From Podarcis pityusensis (lineage: Eukaryota): 64,000 nucleotides of DNA. Positions 37,769 to 50,974 of the stretch are shown here, in pieces; position 1 is the stretch's first letter; every line of letters starts with the position of its first letter. The stretch lies in NCBI GenBank assembly GCA_964106645.2, contig OZ067043.1, one strand, 5' to 3'. Under the pieces are notes generated by a model. It saw only the letters and a list, made by a program, of their open reading frames with translations, was not told the origin of the DNA and did not search any database. The translations under genes and the position numbers were made by a program.

Positions 37769-39396
37769 GTAAAAGAATTTTATGTACAGTAGTTTTAGCT
37801 TAAAATAGAAAGCTTTTTTTTTAAATGTCAGATGCAGTGAGGCAGTTTTTAAGAAGCAGGTTTGAGCAATTAGATGTAGTAACATAGTTTGAGGATTCAA
37901 GTCTTGCTTGAGAGTCTAATACTTCTATGGAATGTTCTCATTTAGGTTATTTTCTAGGTGAATCTATTTGATTCATCTGTCAAACATGTTAGTAGATACT
38001 ATTTAATTTATGTTACAAAAACTTTGCAATAGTTTGCTGAGTTTGTCTCACTCTTCCAAGGTAGCATAAAATATATGGGTATGGTTTTATTAAAATAAGC
38101 TTTTATTAAAAATGGCCCTTCTCAGCCAGGGTCCAGGTGTCCAGACTCTAGCCAATATTGGCATCTTGCCTGGAAAGGAAAGAATTTGTCTGATGTCATG
38201 AAATACTAGGACAAGTTTTCAGCTTCATCGTAAACAGTGCTAAAGTGCCAAGGAAATGAGGCCCAGAAGCAGTGTGTTTAGCTTAAAACGATTATGTTAA
38301 AATAATTTAGTTTAGATGGATTCTTAGAACTTTTGGAACTGGGTTGCTACCTTTATGGTTCAAAATTTTGTTCAAATGCTGACCTAAGCTGGCTTCATTA
38401 CAATAACATACTCCCTCAATGAAACAAGACTTTTCACTTTATGATGGTCTATTGAAAACATGTGAACACTTAATTGATGAGCTCTTGATGATGATTGCTC
38501 TGAGAAGTTTGAATTCATTACAAATCTACACATTTCTATAAATGCTGGTTCTACTTGAAGTTTTAATACTGCAGCTCCAGGATCACTGTTTCTCTTGTAG
38601 TCATTGGACTTCCGTGAGGCCTTGAAACAAATGGGTTCCTTATTCTTAGTCAAGGATCAGCATTCTTTAGGCATTCACATGTTCTTTAGTCTCCTTTTCA
38701 TTCCTACCTTCTTTTCCTAATTATACCAGTGTGTGTGTCTGTGCTTCTTTCCCAGCCAATATCAGCATGGATTTTCTACTTGTCGTGTGAGAAATTAAAA
38801 TGAAAGGAATAGAAGCAGCTGTCACCAAACATAAAATCATGCCTAATATTTATTTCTGTGTTACACATTAGATCTTTAATGAGCTTATAAAGCTTGAAGT
38901 CTTGGTGAATGCAGCAGCTTTACTGCTGCCCAGGACATGGGCAGACTATGGGTCCAGAGCCACTTTTTATAGCCATGGGACCCGGTGTCCTTTCAGCAAA
39001 ACCTATCCATTATCTATTCTAGGAAGTGTCATTCCGCTAAGCACATGGTATGGTTTGTCAGCCCGCTTGGCATTAGTACTACATCTGTATATGATCATCA
39101 TGCTCATCATAGCTAAGAGACTAGGTTTAGCCTGAAAAGCCATTTTAGCAACCTATTTTTATTTACTGAATATTTTCTCAGCTTGGAGAAAAGACTTAAT
39201 TTTTGTTTTCATGGTTCTAAGTCAACGCAAATAAGATTTTTGAAAGTAGAGTTTTAAAACCTTTCTAGAGATTTGTATTCTTGCATTTCTAAATCCCATC
39301 CTTATGTAAATTTGATTAAAATCCATGACAGCACAATTTCTCTCCTAACTTTGGGTACTACATCCCCAACTTGCAAACATTCATGTTCTTTTCTAT

Positions 39397-39448
<52 letters not shown>
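39397..39448. repeat. Compound (TC)12(AC)14 microsatellite
   Basis: Direct reading. Confidence 0.95.
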
Positions 39449-39450
<2 letters not shown>

Positions 39451-39974
39451 CCAAGCAGCAGATGGCATTTAGAACCAAAGACTATAGAGTTATGGCCCAC
39501 AGCCTTCTCATGCAGAGTCTGCTTAGGTGTTTTGAAGATAGACTAGAAAGCTAAGAAACTGTTTAAATTTAGGATGGCTGCGTAGGTGTAATTAATCACA
39601 GAGTGTAGGTGGGTGCCATAACGTTGGAAGAAATGGCAGGCTTGAAATAGCTGAGGTAACTGTCAGCATGAGTGTGATAGCATAACTTCATAAGATCTCT
39701 TTATAAATATCACTTTGCGTAGCTTGCAGTACTTTAGCATTTTCTAATTTCTTGGGCTGTAGTCTATTCAAAACTTAGAAGTAGGTCCAATTAAACTCAG
39801 CTGGGCTTCCAAATAAATGCATGTAAGATTGGGCTGTGTTATATTTGATGTGTGGCCCAATCCAATGGTTGCTTCCTCAAAGTAGACCCTACTGAATACT
39901 CTAAAGTAAGTCCCATCATTAAATGTGTACATGATTATAGTTGGAGATTGTGCCTTGCATTTCTAAACCAGAAT

Positions 39975-40215
39975 AATAATAATAATTTTATTATTGTACC
40001 CCACCCATCTGACTGGGCTGCCCCAGCCACTCTGGGTGGCTTCCAACATGTATGAAAACATAATAAAACATTACACATTAAAAGGCTTGCCTATAATGGG
40101 CTACCTTTCAATATTTTCTAAGGGTTATATAGTTACTCATCTCCTTGACAACTGATGGGAGGGTGTTCCACAGGGTGGGTGCCACTACAGAGAAGGCCCT
40201 CTGCCTGGTTCCCTG
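39975..40215 (-). mobile_element. L2-type LINE 3' fragment; a related short piece lies at about 6331-6378
   Basis: (AAT)n tail plus gtacccc.cccatctg.ctggg...ccccagccactc shared with 6331-6378. Confidence 0.55.
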
Positions 40216-40259
40216 TATTTAAGTTTAGCATTGTTAAACTTATTTGTTCCCTTTTGTAG

Positions 40260-40834
40260 GACTGAAAGGAGGAGCTGGAGGGCCAGATGGGCAAGGTGGT
40301 ACTTTCCGGTACTCCTTTCATGGAGACCCACATGCCACATTTGCAGCATTTTTTGGTGGTGCGAATCCTTTTGAGATCTTCTTTGGAAGAAGGATGCCTG
40401 GTGGCAGAGACACTGAAGACATGGAAGTGGATGGAGATCCATTTGGTTCCTTTACTTCTTTCAATATGAATGGATTCCCAAGGGAAAGAAACACTGTTGG
40501 TAGCCAACTCCGTCGTAAGCAAGATCCCCCTATTGTTCATGAACTCAAGGTATCACTGGAAGAGATTTACCATGGATGCACAAAAAGAATGAGAATTTCC
40601 CGAAAACGGCTCAACCCAGATGGTAGAAGTGTCAGAACGGAGGATAAAATCCTCACTATTGATATCAAGAGAGGATGGAAAGAGGGCACCAAAATTACAT
40701 TCCCCAAAGAAGGCGATGAAACACCTAGCACCATACCAGCTGATATTGTGTTTGTTATTAAAGATAAAATACATCCTCACTTCAAGAGGGATGGTTCAAA
40801 TATTGTCTATCCTGTCAAGATCACCTTACGAGAG
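40260..40834 (+). CDS. DNAJB4: DNAJB4 coding exon 2 (G/F-rich region and C-terminal domain I)
   Basis: GLKGGAGGPDGQGGTFRYSFHGDPHATFAAFFGG...VKITLRE; 575 nt; ttttgtag acceptor, GAG|GTAATT donor. Confidence 0.97.
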
Positions 40835-40953
40835 GTAATTACCTTGTTATGCTTTGGAATGGTATTGTTAAAACTTCATGCCATCTGTGCTTCAAACTTG
40901 TTCACATTGTTTTACAGTCAAAGCTGAGTCGAACTTGATAATAGCCCATATAT

Positions 40954-41089
40954 CAGGCTTCCTAAAACTTGGCCCGCCAGATGTTTTTGGCCTACAACTC
41001 CCATGATCCCTAGCTAGTAGGACCAGTGGTCAGGGATGATGGGAATTATAGTCTCATAACATCTGGAGGGCCGAGTTTGAGGAAGCCTG
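40954..41089. mobile_element. hAT-type MITE (same family as 12658-12783)
   Basis: TIR CAGGCTTCCT...AGGAAGCCTG; 8-bp TSD ccatatat/ccatagat. Confidence 0.85.
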
Positions 41090-43429
41090 CCATAGATGAT
41101 GTTGTTTGATAAATATGTAGACACCCAGATAATGGGCGTGATTCACCTAACGAGTCCTGTCAGCGCAAGCCCTGCAGAAGAACTGCCACTTGCACAATGG
41201 GGCTTTCCCCTCTCCTCACACCAGCGCCCCCTCCAACCAGCATGCCCCAAAATTGACTCTGGGGGAGTGTTGGGAGAACTCCCAGAGCAGCACCCAGGGA
41301 GAAGGAGAGGGGGATAGTTCCATCTGGCAAGCTGCAGTGCTTGCATTGATGGCACTTCCACCATGGTGTAACACTGGATTCCACCCACTGTGTTGAATAG
41401 TTCAGCACCATTTGGAAGAAGGATGACTGCTATTCTTTGACTTTAGCATGTCATAACAGAGTGTGGGATAAAATATCCAAAGCTAACACTGTACTTCATA
41501 ATTCTGGTTGCTGCTTGTGCCATCTCTTGCTTTCCCCTCATTGCCATTTTCTGTTCTATTCTGGGTTGAATCCAATGCTAGTCCAACTTGGAGTAGACCC
41601 AATGAAGTTAATGGATCTGGCTAACTCAGGTTCATTTACTTCAATGGATCTACTCTGAGTAGGGCTAGTACTGGGCACAACTCTCTGCCTGCAACAAAAG
41701 TTAGTCATGTACTCAGTTGAGCCTACCTTTTAACTGGCTGGGATGTTTTCTGATTCTATTCAGTGGCTCTGAATAGTATGAGGATGTGGCATCGCTCTGC
41801 AGCATGATAGAAAATGTGTTGGTCTAAAAGGTTATTGGAACACAAATGCAGAAACCCAAAACAGACTCATGAGCAAAACTCCCACCAGAATGCCTCTGGG
41901 GGGTGGGGAAAGCACCCACCTACACTCTAATAAAGTTGCAGATTTTTAAAACAGCAGAGAAATCAGTGCTGTGTGGACAAGATCTGCTTTGCTTCTAATT
42001 TTGTAGCAATTGAGTAGTTGGATACAAAATGGTGCAGTTATGCAAACCAACACTTGGCCAATGTAAGCAACAGTAAACTTAGCTGAGATGGCATGGGTTT
42101 AATTTTAAACCAATGCTTTTATATAAATGGGTGTTAAATTGATATATATGTACATTATGTTGCAGTTAGAACTAAACAAGCAAAATGAAATAGAACAAAA
42201 CTAAACTAAATAGCGCTATGAGCTATGCCTTATAATAATATTACAGATACCGTGTAAATACCTCTCTATAGTGCATCTAAGCAACTAATATTTTGCTAAT
42301 TTTATTTTGAATACAGCTTAGGCCAGGCTTTGGGTTTTTTTGTTTCAAGTACAATTAGTTAGAGAGTCTGGCATTCCTAATAGGTTGGCTGACAGTGGTT
42401 TACTGGGATTCTTACATAAACATTGAATTCCGTGCATGTAGGACTCCTTCATTTTTGTCCATGGGTTGCAAAACGAGTGTAGTGCACTTATGATTTGCAT
42501 GAATAGATCAGGGATAGGCAACATGATGCCCTCTGTATTTGGAACTAAAACTACCACCCACCCCATCCACCGTAACCACTGATAACGAATAAAGCAAGTT
42601 GTAGACAGCATTATCTAAAGGGTACCATGTTACCTACATCTGGCATGGATGGTTCCTACCTCAAGGAGAAGATGGATGGTGTCCAGTAGTGACCAGTGGG
42701 GCTGGATTGCTAACCTGACTTGCCAACACCAGGAAGTCACTGCTGGTTAGCAAGAGGAGGAGTGGCAAAGCAGCAGGGAGCTTGGTATGGGTGCAGCCAA
42801 TCTGCCTTTGCACTACACAGAGGTCCCCATTGCCTTGCCCCTCTCCCTCTTGGTAATGGGCAGCAATGCATGACCTTGGGAAACTAGGTCAGCAAAGCAG
42901 CTCCACCGGCCACTGCCCTGCCAACCACTACTGGTAGTGCTTATATGCACAAGAAGCTCCATGTAAAGCAGGGATGGAGAGCCTGTAACCCTCCAGATGT
43001 TGTTGGATGCCAAATCCCATAAGCTTGAGCCAGCAATGTCATTGGTCATATCGGAGTGGTCACAGGTTAGCCACTTCTGCTCTATGTAGTGGGAACTGTT
43101 CAGCTATGTTTGCTTATTGTTTTCCATTTACAAAACCATTTATAGTTATGAACTGCATACATAGGATTGTGCTGTAAGAATTTGGGCTACACAGTAATTA
43201 TTTGTATAAGATTCAATCTCTGCTTCTGAAAATTACACCCTAGGCTTTACTTGAAAATACGTTTACTTGTAGCATTACCAATACACCCAACATAGAGTAG
43301 CAGTATAGGATGTATAATACTGTAACTGTATTTCTAAGTTATATTTCATAGATACTTATCTTTCTTTAAGTGCTTTACAAAAAAAATGTCCTGCTGCTTC
43401 TGATTTGGCTTTTTAAACTTATTTTTTAG

Positions 43430-43663
<234 letters not shown>

Positions 43664-44348
43664 AACAACGTACTTTTTTGAACTTGTTCCAAAAGGACAC
43701 TGAAAATTGAAGATTTGAGGTTTATGCTGTAAAAGTGCAATCTATAACTGTGGAACTTAACTTTTTTGTGTGTGGATTGGGAAGAGAGTTATGCAGTGCT
43801 GCATGAGAATAGGAGGCAAAAGTACAAAATACTTGCAATCAAGTATGAAGCTAAAACCATTTGCTGTGTATTGGATTTTCCTTTTCAAAAAGTTTTATCC
43901 AGTATTTGCTTATAAGTAAGATGTATCTTTGTGTGTGTGAGGGGGGCACTTCTGTGCATATCTCATATGCACAGAATCATGAAGTGCTTGAGTTTTAAAG
44001 CACTTTACTTCAGATATTTCTTTATCATCTATGTGAGATTATTATATTGCAGGATCAGAAATCGGAATTCGTAGTATGAATCTATGTAACGTTTGCAATA
44101 TTTATGTTGTGTATATGCCAATTTGCTATGTTTACATTGCACACAGCAGAAGGCAGGAAATCTCACTTGAAATGTTCATGAGCCCGAAGGGTAAGTTTTT
44201 TTTCTGCATTGTTTTTGGATTCCTTTCCTCAGTATTCTACAGATGCTTGCCTAACAGAAAATTATATGTGCCATTCCACAGTCATACATATATGTACCAT
44301 GTAATGAACATGCTCCAAACCAGAACACACAGTGGGTGACTCAGTAGT

Positions 44349-44995
44349 TGCCAAATATTCAGGGTCTAACCCCTACCCTACATTTACGCAGCCTCCACTC
44401 CTATCCAGCCCAGGCCAAGAGACTCCCAGACTTCACCTGACGTTCCTAAGATTCCAAGGGAACAAGGGTCAAAGCAATACCCTCTGCTGTCTGACCTTAT
44501 TCTAAAAACACAGTACCTGGTAGGGAACGAAGCAGTCAAGTATTGGATTTAGTACCAAGGCATTACCTAAATAAAGCTCACGCACACACACAAAATTCCA
44601 AAAGGAGGTACATTTATTTGATAAAAGAAAACATTAGTGAGAACAAATATATTTGGGCAATTATGTCAGATCAAACAAACTGTGCTAAACCAGCCAGTTC
44701 TGTACATATCAATAAAATCATTGGCTTCGCAGGGACAAAAGCATACAACACAGAGCAAGGTAATCTAAATATGATCTGAAGGTGGGATGTTCCCTGCCAA
44801 AAGTAAGGGCCTGCTTTCTTCTAAAAGGCATAGCGACCTAGGTAAATCTTGTTAACCTGTAAAAAGGCCTCAAGACCCCCCAGCTTTCTGGCACTTTAGG
44901 CTACATGCTTTCCCACCAAACCCAGCTCAAGCAACCATTCCAGTCGTCAAGCTCACAGCTGATTTACCACATTTCCATATGGAAAAAATGTGACA
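44349..44995. mobile_element. Probable solo LTR (647 bp) in the DNAJB4 3'UTR region
   Basis: TG...CA ends with an 8/11 terminal inverted match; 5-bp TSD gtagt/gcagt. Confidence 0.5.
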
Positions 44996-45788
44996 GCAGT
45001 TGTTTTCATGTCCATTAAAACATATGTCCAAATTGTGGAACCTGCCTGCTGAGAGAGTGAGTCTATATAGAACGGTTATCTGAACAAATGTCAAGGGAAT
45101 GGGCCTATTTCAAGCACACTAACTTCAAGTCTTTCACAGTTTAAGCCCCTTGAAACTTCTGTGGTCAGTAAATTAGTAGTTCTCGGTCCCACTTAAGAAG
45201 TTGTAAGCTTGTTCTGAATTATCTAAACGAAGGGAAGAAAATGCCCTCAATTATAGTTTTCTAAAAGAAAAGAGAAGGAATCTATAGGGCTGGTACCCTT
45301 GGATGGCAAAAATTAACAAGTAAACATCCTTTTAGCATTTGTCTCTAAACTTGCTGCAATATGTTAACATCTGAAAGTCATATTCTTTAAAGAAAACAAA
45401 TGATTTTATGTACATACAAATGTGCTAGGTAGCTGCACTGTTAACCAACAGGGTAATTAACAATTTTGTATGCTTTTATGTAGAAAATTAATTATGACAC
45501 CCATTCCTTAAGCAGTAGCCATCTATAATGCAGAATAGTTATAATGGGGGGGAACCATTCTAGAAACTACCCATTTGAATGAATTGGCAACATTTAATAA
45601 GATTTTATACATAGGATATAAAGAAATATGTGCATTCTGAAAGTAGAAGGATCCAGAACTTGCACTCGTGACACTAGCACTCATGACACTAAAAGTGAGA
45701 AAGTAGAAAATGGCTGCTTCATCCTTATGCATATTGTTTATGCATTTACATATCATTCATGATCTGTATTGCATTTATATGTTTTTTA

Positions 45789-45794
45789 ATTAAA
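45789..45794 (+). terminator. Candidate distal DNAJB4 poly(A) signal ATTAAA
   Basis: ATTAAA followed by a GT/T-rich downstream element (tgtgttttctatttttgtt). Confidence 0.5.
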
Positions 45795-45879
45795 TATATT
45801 GTTTCTAACTTGTGTTTTCTATTTTTGTTCTTTCAACTGAGTTGGGTGCATGAGAGCAAATGAATGTAATTATAATTTA

Positions 45880-47290
45880 TCTATGACTTTATTGAATTTA
45901 TATCCTGCTCTTGCTTCCTAGGGTAGCAGACAACAAGGGATAAATAATCTTAAAAACAATTCCAATATAGATGCAGACTGGGAAGGAAATCAACTTAAAT
46001 GACTTTTTGAAAAAGGAATGTGTTTCTTATGTGCCAAAACCCAACAAGGATGACATCTGGTTAATACTTAAAGGGATGGAATTCAGAAGGGTAGATGCCA
46101 CAATGATAAAGGCCCGATTCCTGTTGTGTGGAACAGAGCTCCTGTTTGATGGTATCTGCAGGAGGCCCTCACCTGCTAAGCACAGTGACTGACTGTGTGT
46201 ACAAGGGGTGAGATGGCATTTCAGGTAACCTAATCCCGAGCTGTGTGGGGCTTTATACAGCAAAACCCAGCACCTTGTACTTAGACCAGAGCTTAATTGC
46301 CAGCTGCTACAATTCTTTCAACAGTGGAGTAACGTTTTAGCAATACCTTGCCCCAGTGTGCAGTCAATCTGCCACCTTTTGCAACAGCAGCACCTTCTGG
46401 GCTAACCTCAAGGGCAGCCCCACAATCAAGCACATTGCAGTAATCATGCAAGGAGATTACCAGCACACAGACCACGGTCGTAAGGCTACTGCAGTCCAGG
46501 AACAGCAGGAGCTGTCTTACTAGCCAAAGCTGGTGAAAGGTACCCCTAGCCATAAGGCCACCTAGGTCTCTATGCATCCAAGATGGATCCAGAAACACCC
46601 CCAGACTATGAACCTCCTTCAGGGGAAGTACAACCCCATCAAAAGCAGGCAATCACCCAGTTATCTGGACCCAGAAACCGCTTACTCACAGGACCTCCAT
46701 TTTGCCAGGATCCAGGGTCAGTTGGTTGGACTTCAGTAGAGTCCAGGCACTGGTCCAGGGCTCTCAGGTGGGTGTCATTGCCATTCTAAGAGAGCAAGGT
46801 AAGCTCCGGCACCTCTTTTTATAGAAAAATAGCACTGTCTGTAGTACAACTGCCAGAGGCCTGGAAGAATAACCTAATGCTATTATCTGAAACCAGCTTT
46901 GAAAATGGGATCTGAACCACTGTAAAACAGTGCCTCTAATAGCCATCTCACAGAGTAAGCTCAGAAAGATACCAAGGTCAGTGTTGTCAAAAGCCACTGA
47001 AAGGTCAAGTAAGAATAGGCTTTTGATACATTGACCATGGTATCTCAAGCCAACTTTGAAAGATAGGTTATAGGGTTGTACTCCCCTGTCCTCTTCCTGA
47101 TAAAAATGATCCATCAGGGAAGCCAAAGCTGATTGAGTCCCATAACCAGTCCTGCACCCAGACTGAAATGGGTCAAGATAATCTGTTTCATCCAAAAGTA
47201 CTTACAATTGGTGCACAACAACTCTCTGAATCATCTTTTCTAAGAAGAGGATGGATAGCATGCAACTGGGTGTGAGTTGTCAAAAACCAA
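45880..47290 (-). mobile_element. Degenerate L2-type LINE RT fragment
   Basis: ORFs 46764..47195 (LDPFQSG.R.GYGT, LLDLSVAFD) and 46293..46652 (SLGVFLD, LHDYCN). Confidence 0.8.
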
Positions 47291-49159
47291 TGGCTATTTA
47301 AGAGTTTGTTTAGTAACAAACTATAGCTGCAATAATAGGACTGCAATCTAATGTACACTTGAGAGTAAATATGCTTTTCAACATTCAGTAGTAACCCCCT
47401 CCCCTTTTTATATGTTAAAGTTTAACAATAAAATAGTTCAGAATCCAAGAGAAAAGTAGATATAAGTAATAGTACAATCTCTAGAACACATGAAGACTAG
47501 TGTGCATTCAAGGTTTAATCCTAGGTAAGATGATCCTTTAGATATGTGGAATGCTGGCTGTTTAAAGGCTGTAAATGTCAAAAAGAATACTAATAGGCAG
47601 CTGAGTCAAAATCAGAGTTACATGCTTTGTGTGGTCTGCTCCTGTCAGAATAAGCTGCAGCAGTAGCTTCCAAACAATCTTCAAGGGCAGCCCAATGCAG
47701 ATCACATTACAGTATCCAAAATGAGATATTACTAAAGAATGGCTAAAATTCTGATATGAGAGAAAGGGATATAACTTGCTTGCCAGCTTAAAGTGGCAAA
47801 AGGTGTACTCCTTGCCACAGCTGTCACCTGAGAAGCACCAAATCAGAGTTGAGAGTCACTCTCTGAATAAGAAGTCGCTTTTTGAGTGGGAATTCAATTT
47901 CTGGAAGAACAGGGAAATTCAGTCTCCCTTAATTGCTGCTCTCTGTCTTATCCGGATTCAGGGAATATTGCTGTTTTTTATTTGATATAAACAGATGTCA
48001 ACAGCATATAATTCTGCTGTCTGCACTTATGTAATACATCCCTTTGGTAAATGTACAATAATGTTAAATATAATGTTAAAAAGCAGAGAGGCTAAGATAG
48101 AACCGTCTGGAATCAAACAGGAAGGAAGGAACAGGGCCACTGCAAATCGGTTTATCCACTGTTGGTTTTCGGAATTCAAACACTCAGCAGAAATTGAACT
48201 TACTGAATCCCTGCTGGAGGAGCACACTTTTGCCCTGGATATAATCACAATGAGGCTATAAGTTTAGCAAAATAAAAAAGCTATCTTTATTATAAGAAAT
48301 GCATGATAGGAAAGATCCCAGTTCTATCTGACTCTGGTAGAGATGCCTTGAGCCATGCTTGCTTTTGCAACTCAGCAGGAGAGATGCAGAAAATATTTCC
48401 TTGCGGAAGGTAAGGATGAAGAAGTAGGAAATTTGTTAAATTTGGTTAAAAGGTGTGACACTTTAACAACTTCATAGTGAGTACTGGCACCTATTTTTCT
48501 AGAAAAGAAGCACTGCTTAAGAGTATCATTTTAGCAGCCAAGGGAAGGACAACACAGGTTAGATCAGAAAGGACCGCCTAGGAAACTTGGAGGTTCCTAT
48601 TTCTATGTACTCTTTCCCACGCAGACACATTAGCCTCCAGTGCAAGCTGAGTCGCATCTCAATACTTCCTACACTCCCAGTTGTCTTAGCTGGTAAAAGT
48701 GTATCAGATGCTTCTGAGTTTATAAGTTAATTAAGAAGAGCAAGCAGGTTCACATTCTCATACAGGAAGAGGCACAGACAGTTCATTAGGGTAACTAATT
48801 GAAGAATATTTTACATTCTGACTGGTATGGATCTAGAAAACCTGATCCAAGAGTTTCTCGGAACTACGTAGGTCTCAGCATTCCAGGTGCCAGGGATTGG
48901 CTGAGCTGAGAGAAAGTGAAGGCAGAGAAAGATCTCTTTTCCTCCCAGTCATAATGACATAGCTGTCACCACTATTGCAGCCCCCACAGCTGCGTACGAA
49001 GGAGCTGGAGGGCTCACTTGTGAGGTGCTGACAGTAGAAATCTCAGAGAGAAATATGCATATATTTCTACAAGCTTTCTGCAATGTTGCTCATAACTATT
49101 ATCCCCAATCTGAATCGAGGCTTGGACGTTTACTCATCACATAGACCAACAGCTGCTGG

Positions 49160-49353
49160 ATGCTTTCCAAACTTTTCATGTTGGTGACACACTTTTTAAA
49201 CATGCATTATTTTGTGATACAGTAATTCAGTTTTACTAGAAAACCGGAAGTTCAACTAACTCCTTTCCAGTCCCAGGAGGAGCGTGAGGAGCTTTCGTGT
49301 GACACTGCAGCATACACACTAACATGTCACGACACACAGTTGGGAAAGCTCTG
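49160..49353. mobile_element. Degenerate hAT-type MITE
   Basis: gctttccaaact...agttgggaaagctctg inverted ends. Confidence 0.5.
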
Positions 49354-50452
49354 CTGTAGACTTTCCAGGCATAGATAGCCAGGAAACAAGATACCATTGT
49401 GTCTCATTATTCCCCATCACCTGCACATAGCAGCCAGTGTGTTGGATTAGGGGGCTGTGTTTGTAGGGAAATGTGTAACGTCATGACAGTGTCTCATGCA
49501 TTTGTTTTATTGGATGTTAGCTAGGGAAATGCATGGGTCGGCAACACTCATTTATTTAGCTAGGTCTTTAATTAATGTTTACTTGGGTCTTTAAAGCTGC
49601 CAGCAGTGTAGTAGCTTGGACAGGGCTCAACCAGGGGTTGCTGTCTGTGAAAGTCTGAGGAACCTTCAGTACCCATCACTTGTCTGTCAAGGGAATAATA
49701 TTTATTTATTTCTGCTATCACAAAGAGTTTTTCCTGTCCATTACGTGGTGACAAAGCTGGGTTCCTTACTCAATCAGCCTGTAATTAAGCCTAGTACTAA
49801 CTAACTGAAACAATTGCATATTCCTTCCTTCCCTCCCCTTTTTTTGTTTTCCCTCCATCAAACATTAGAATGTAAGCTCAATGGGGCAGGGAGTGGGGAT
49901 CTTGCACTCTGTATAACACTATGCACAGTGATTGTTTCACGCAGATAAATCACTGTCTCTTATAACACACAATGAACTGTAAATCTGGGCCTGATTAATT
50001 GTTTGCAGAGTTTATGTAAACATTAAAATGGGAGAATGCAAAATACTGAAATTTGTAAAGTAGTCCTGTTGACCTCTAGTATCATTTATAGCAATGTCCT
50101 GAACAGTCAGTGTAAATAATTTATATAAATGAAGTTTGGCAAGAATCCTTGTCTCCATAATCTTATATACTTAATAGCATTTTCTGTTGTGATCATCTTG
50201 ATCAATATTTATTAGTCACCATGATGTGGTTTAAAAGTGTGTTTCATTTTATTGCTTCTAAATGAAAACCTAGGAGAGAGCAGACCACAAGTCTAAAGTT
50301 CTTCCACTGCAAAATGTAGGTGCATGCTGTTTTTGAGCACTTCACTTCTTTTTTAAAATGACCTAATACATTTTCTTTAAATAGTTTTCCATTAAGAGAC
50401 ATATTGCAGTTAGTGTATATTATACACATTGTATATTATATGAAATCAAGTT

Positions 50453-50974
50453 TGTTGTTGTTTAGTCGTTTAGTCGTGTCCGACTCTTCGTGACCCCATG
50501 GACCAGAGCACACCAGGCACTCCTGTCTTCCACTGCCTCCCGCAGTTTGGTCAAACTCATGCTGGTAGCTTCGAGAACACTGTCCAACCATCTCATCCTC
50601 TGTCGTCCCCTTCTCCTTGTGCCCTCCCATCTTTCCCAACATCAGGGTCTTTTCCAGGGAGTCTTCTCTTCTCATGAGGTGGCCAAAGTATTGGAGCCTC
50701 AGCGTCAAGATCTGTCCTTCCAGTGAGCACTCAGGGCTGATTTCCTTAAGAATGGATAGGTTTGAACTTCTTGCAGTCCATGGGACTCTCAAGAGTCTCC
50801 TCTTGCACCATAATTCAAAAGCATCAATTCTTCGGCGATCAGCCTTCTTTATGGTCCAGCTCTCACTTCCGTACATCACTACTGGGAAAACCATAGCTTT
50901 AACTATACGGACCTTTGTTGGCAAGGTGATGTCTCTGCTTTTTAAGATGCTGTCTAGGTTTGTCATTGCTTTTC
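50453..50974 (-). mobile_element. BovB (RTE clade) LINE, 5'-truncated 3' end
   Basis: ORF MTNLDSILKSRDITLPTKVRIVKAMVFPVVMYGSESWTIKKADRRRIDAFELWC; (CAA)n tail; perfect 14-bp TSD TATGAAATCAAGTT (50439-52, 50975-88). Confidence 0.93.

Noticed and set aside
40133-40838. Antisense and out-of-frame ORFs over DNAJB4 exon 2
   Set aside because: Shadows of the real coding exon.
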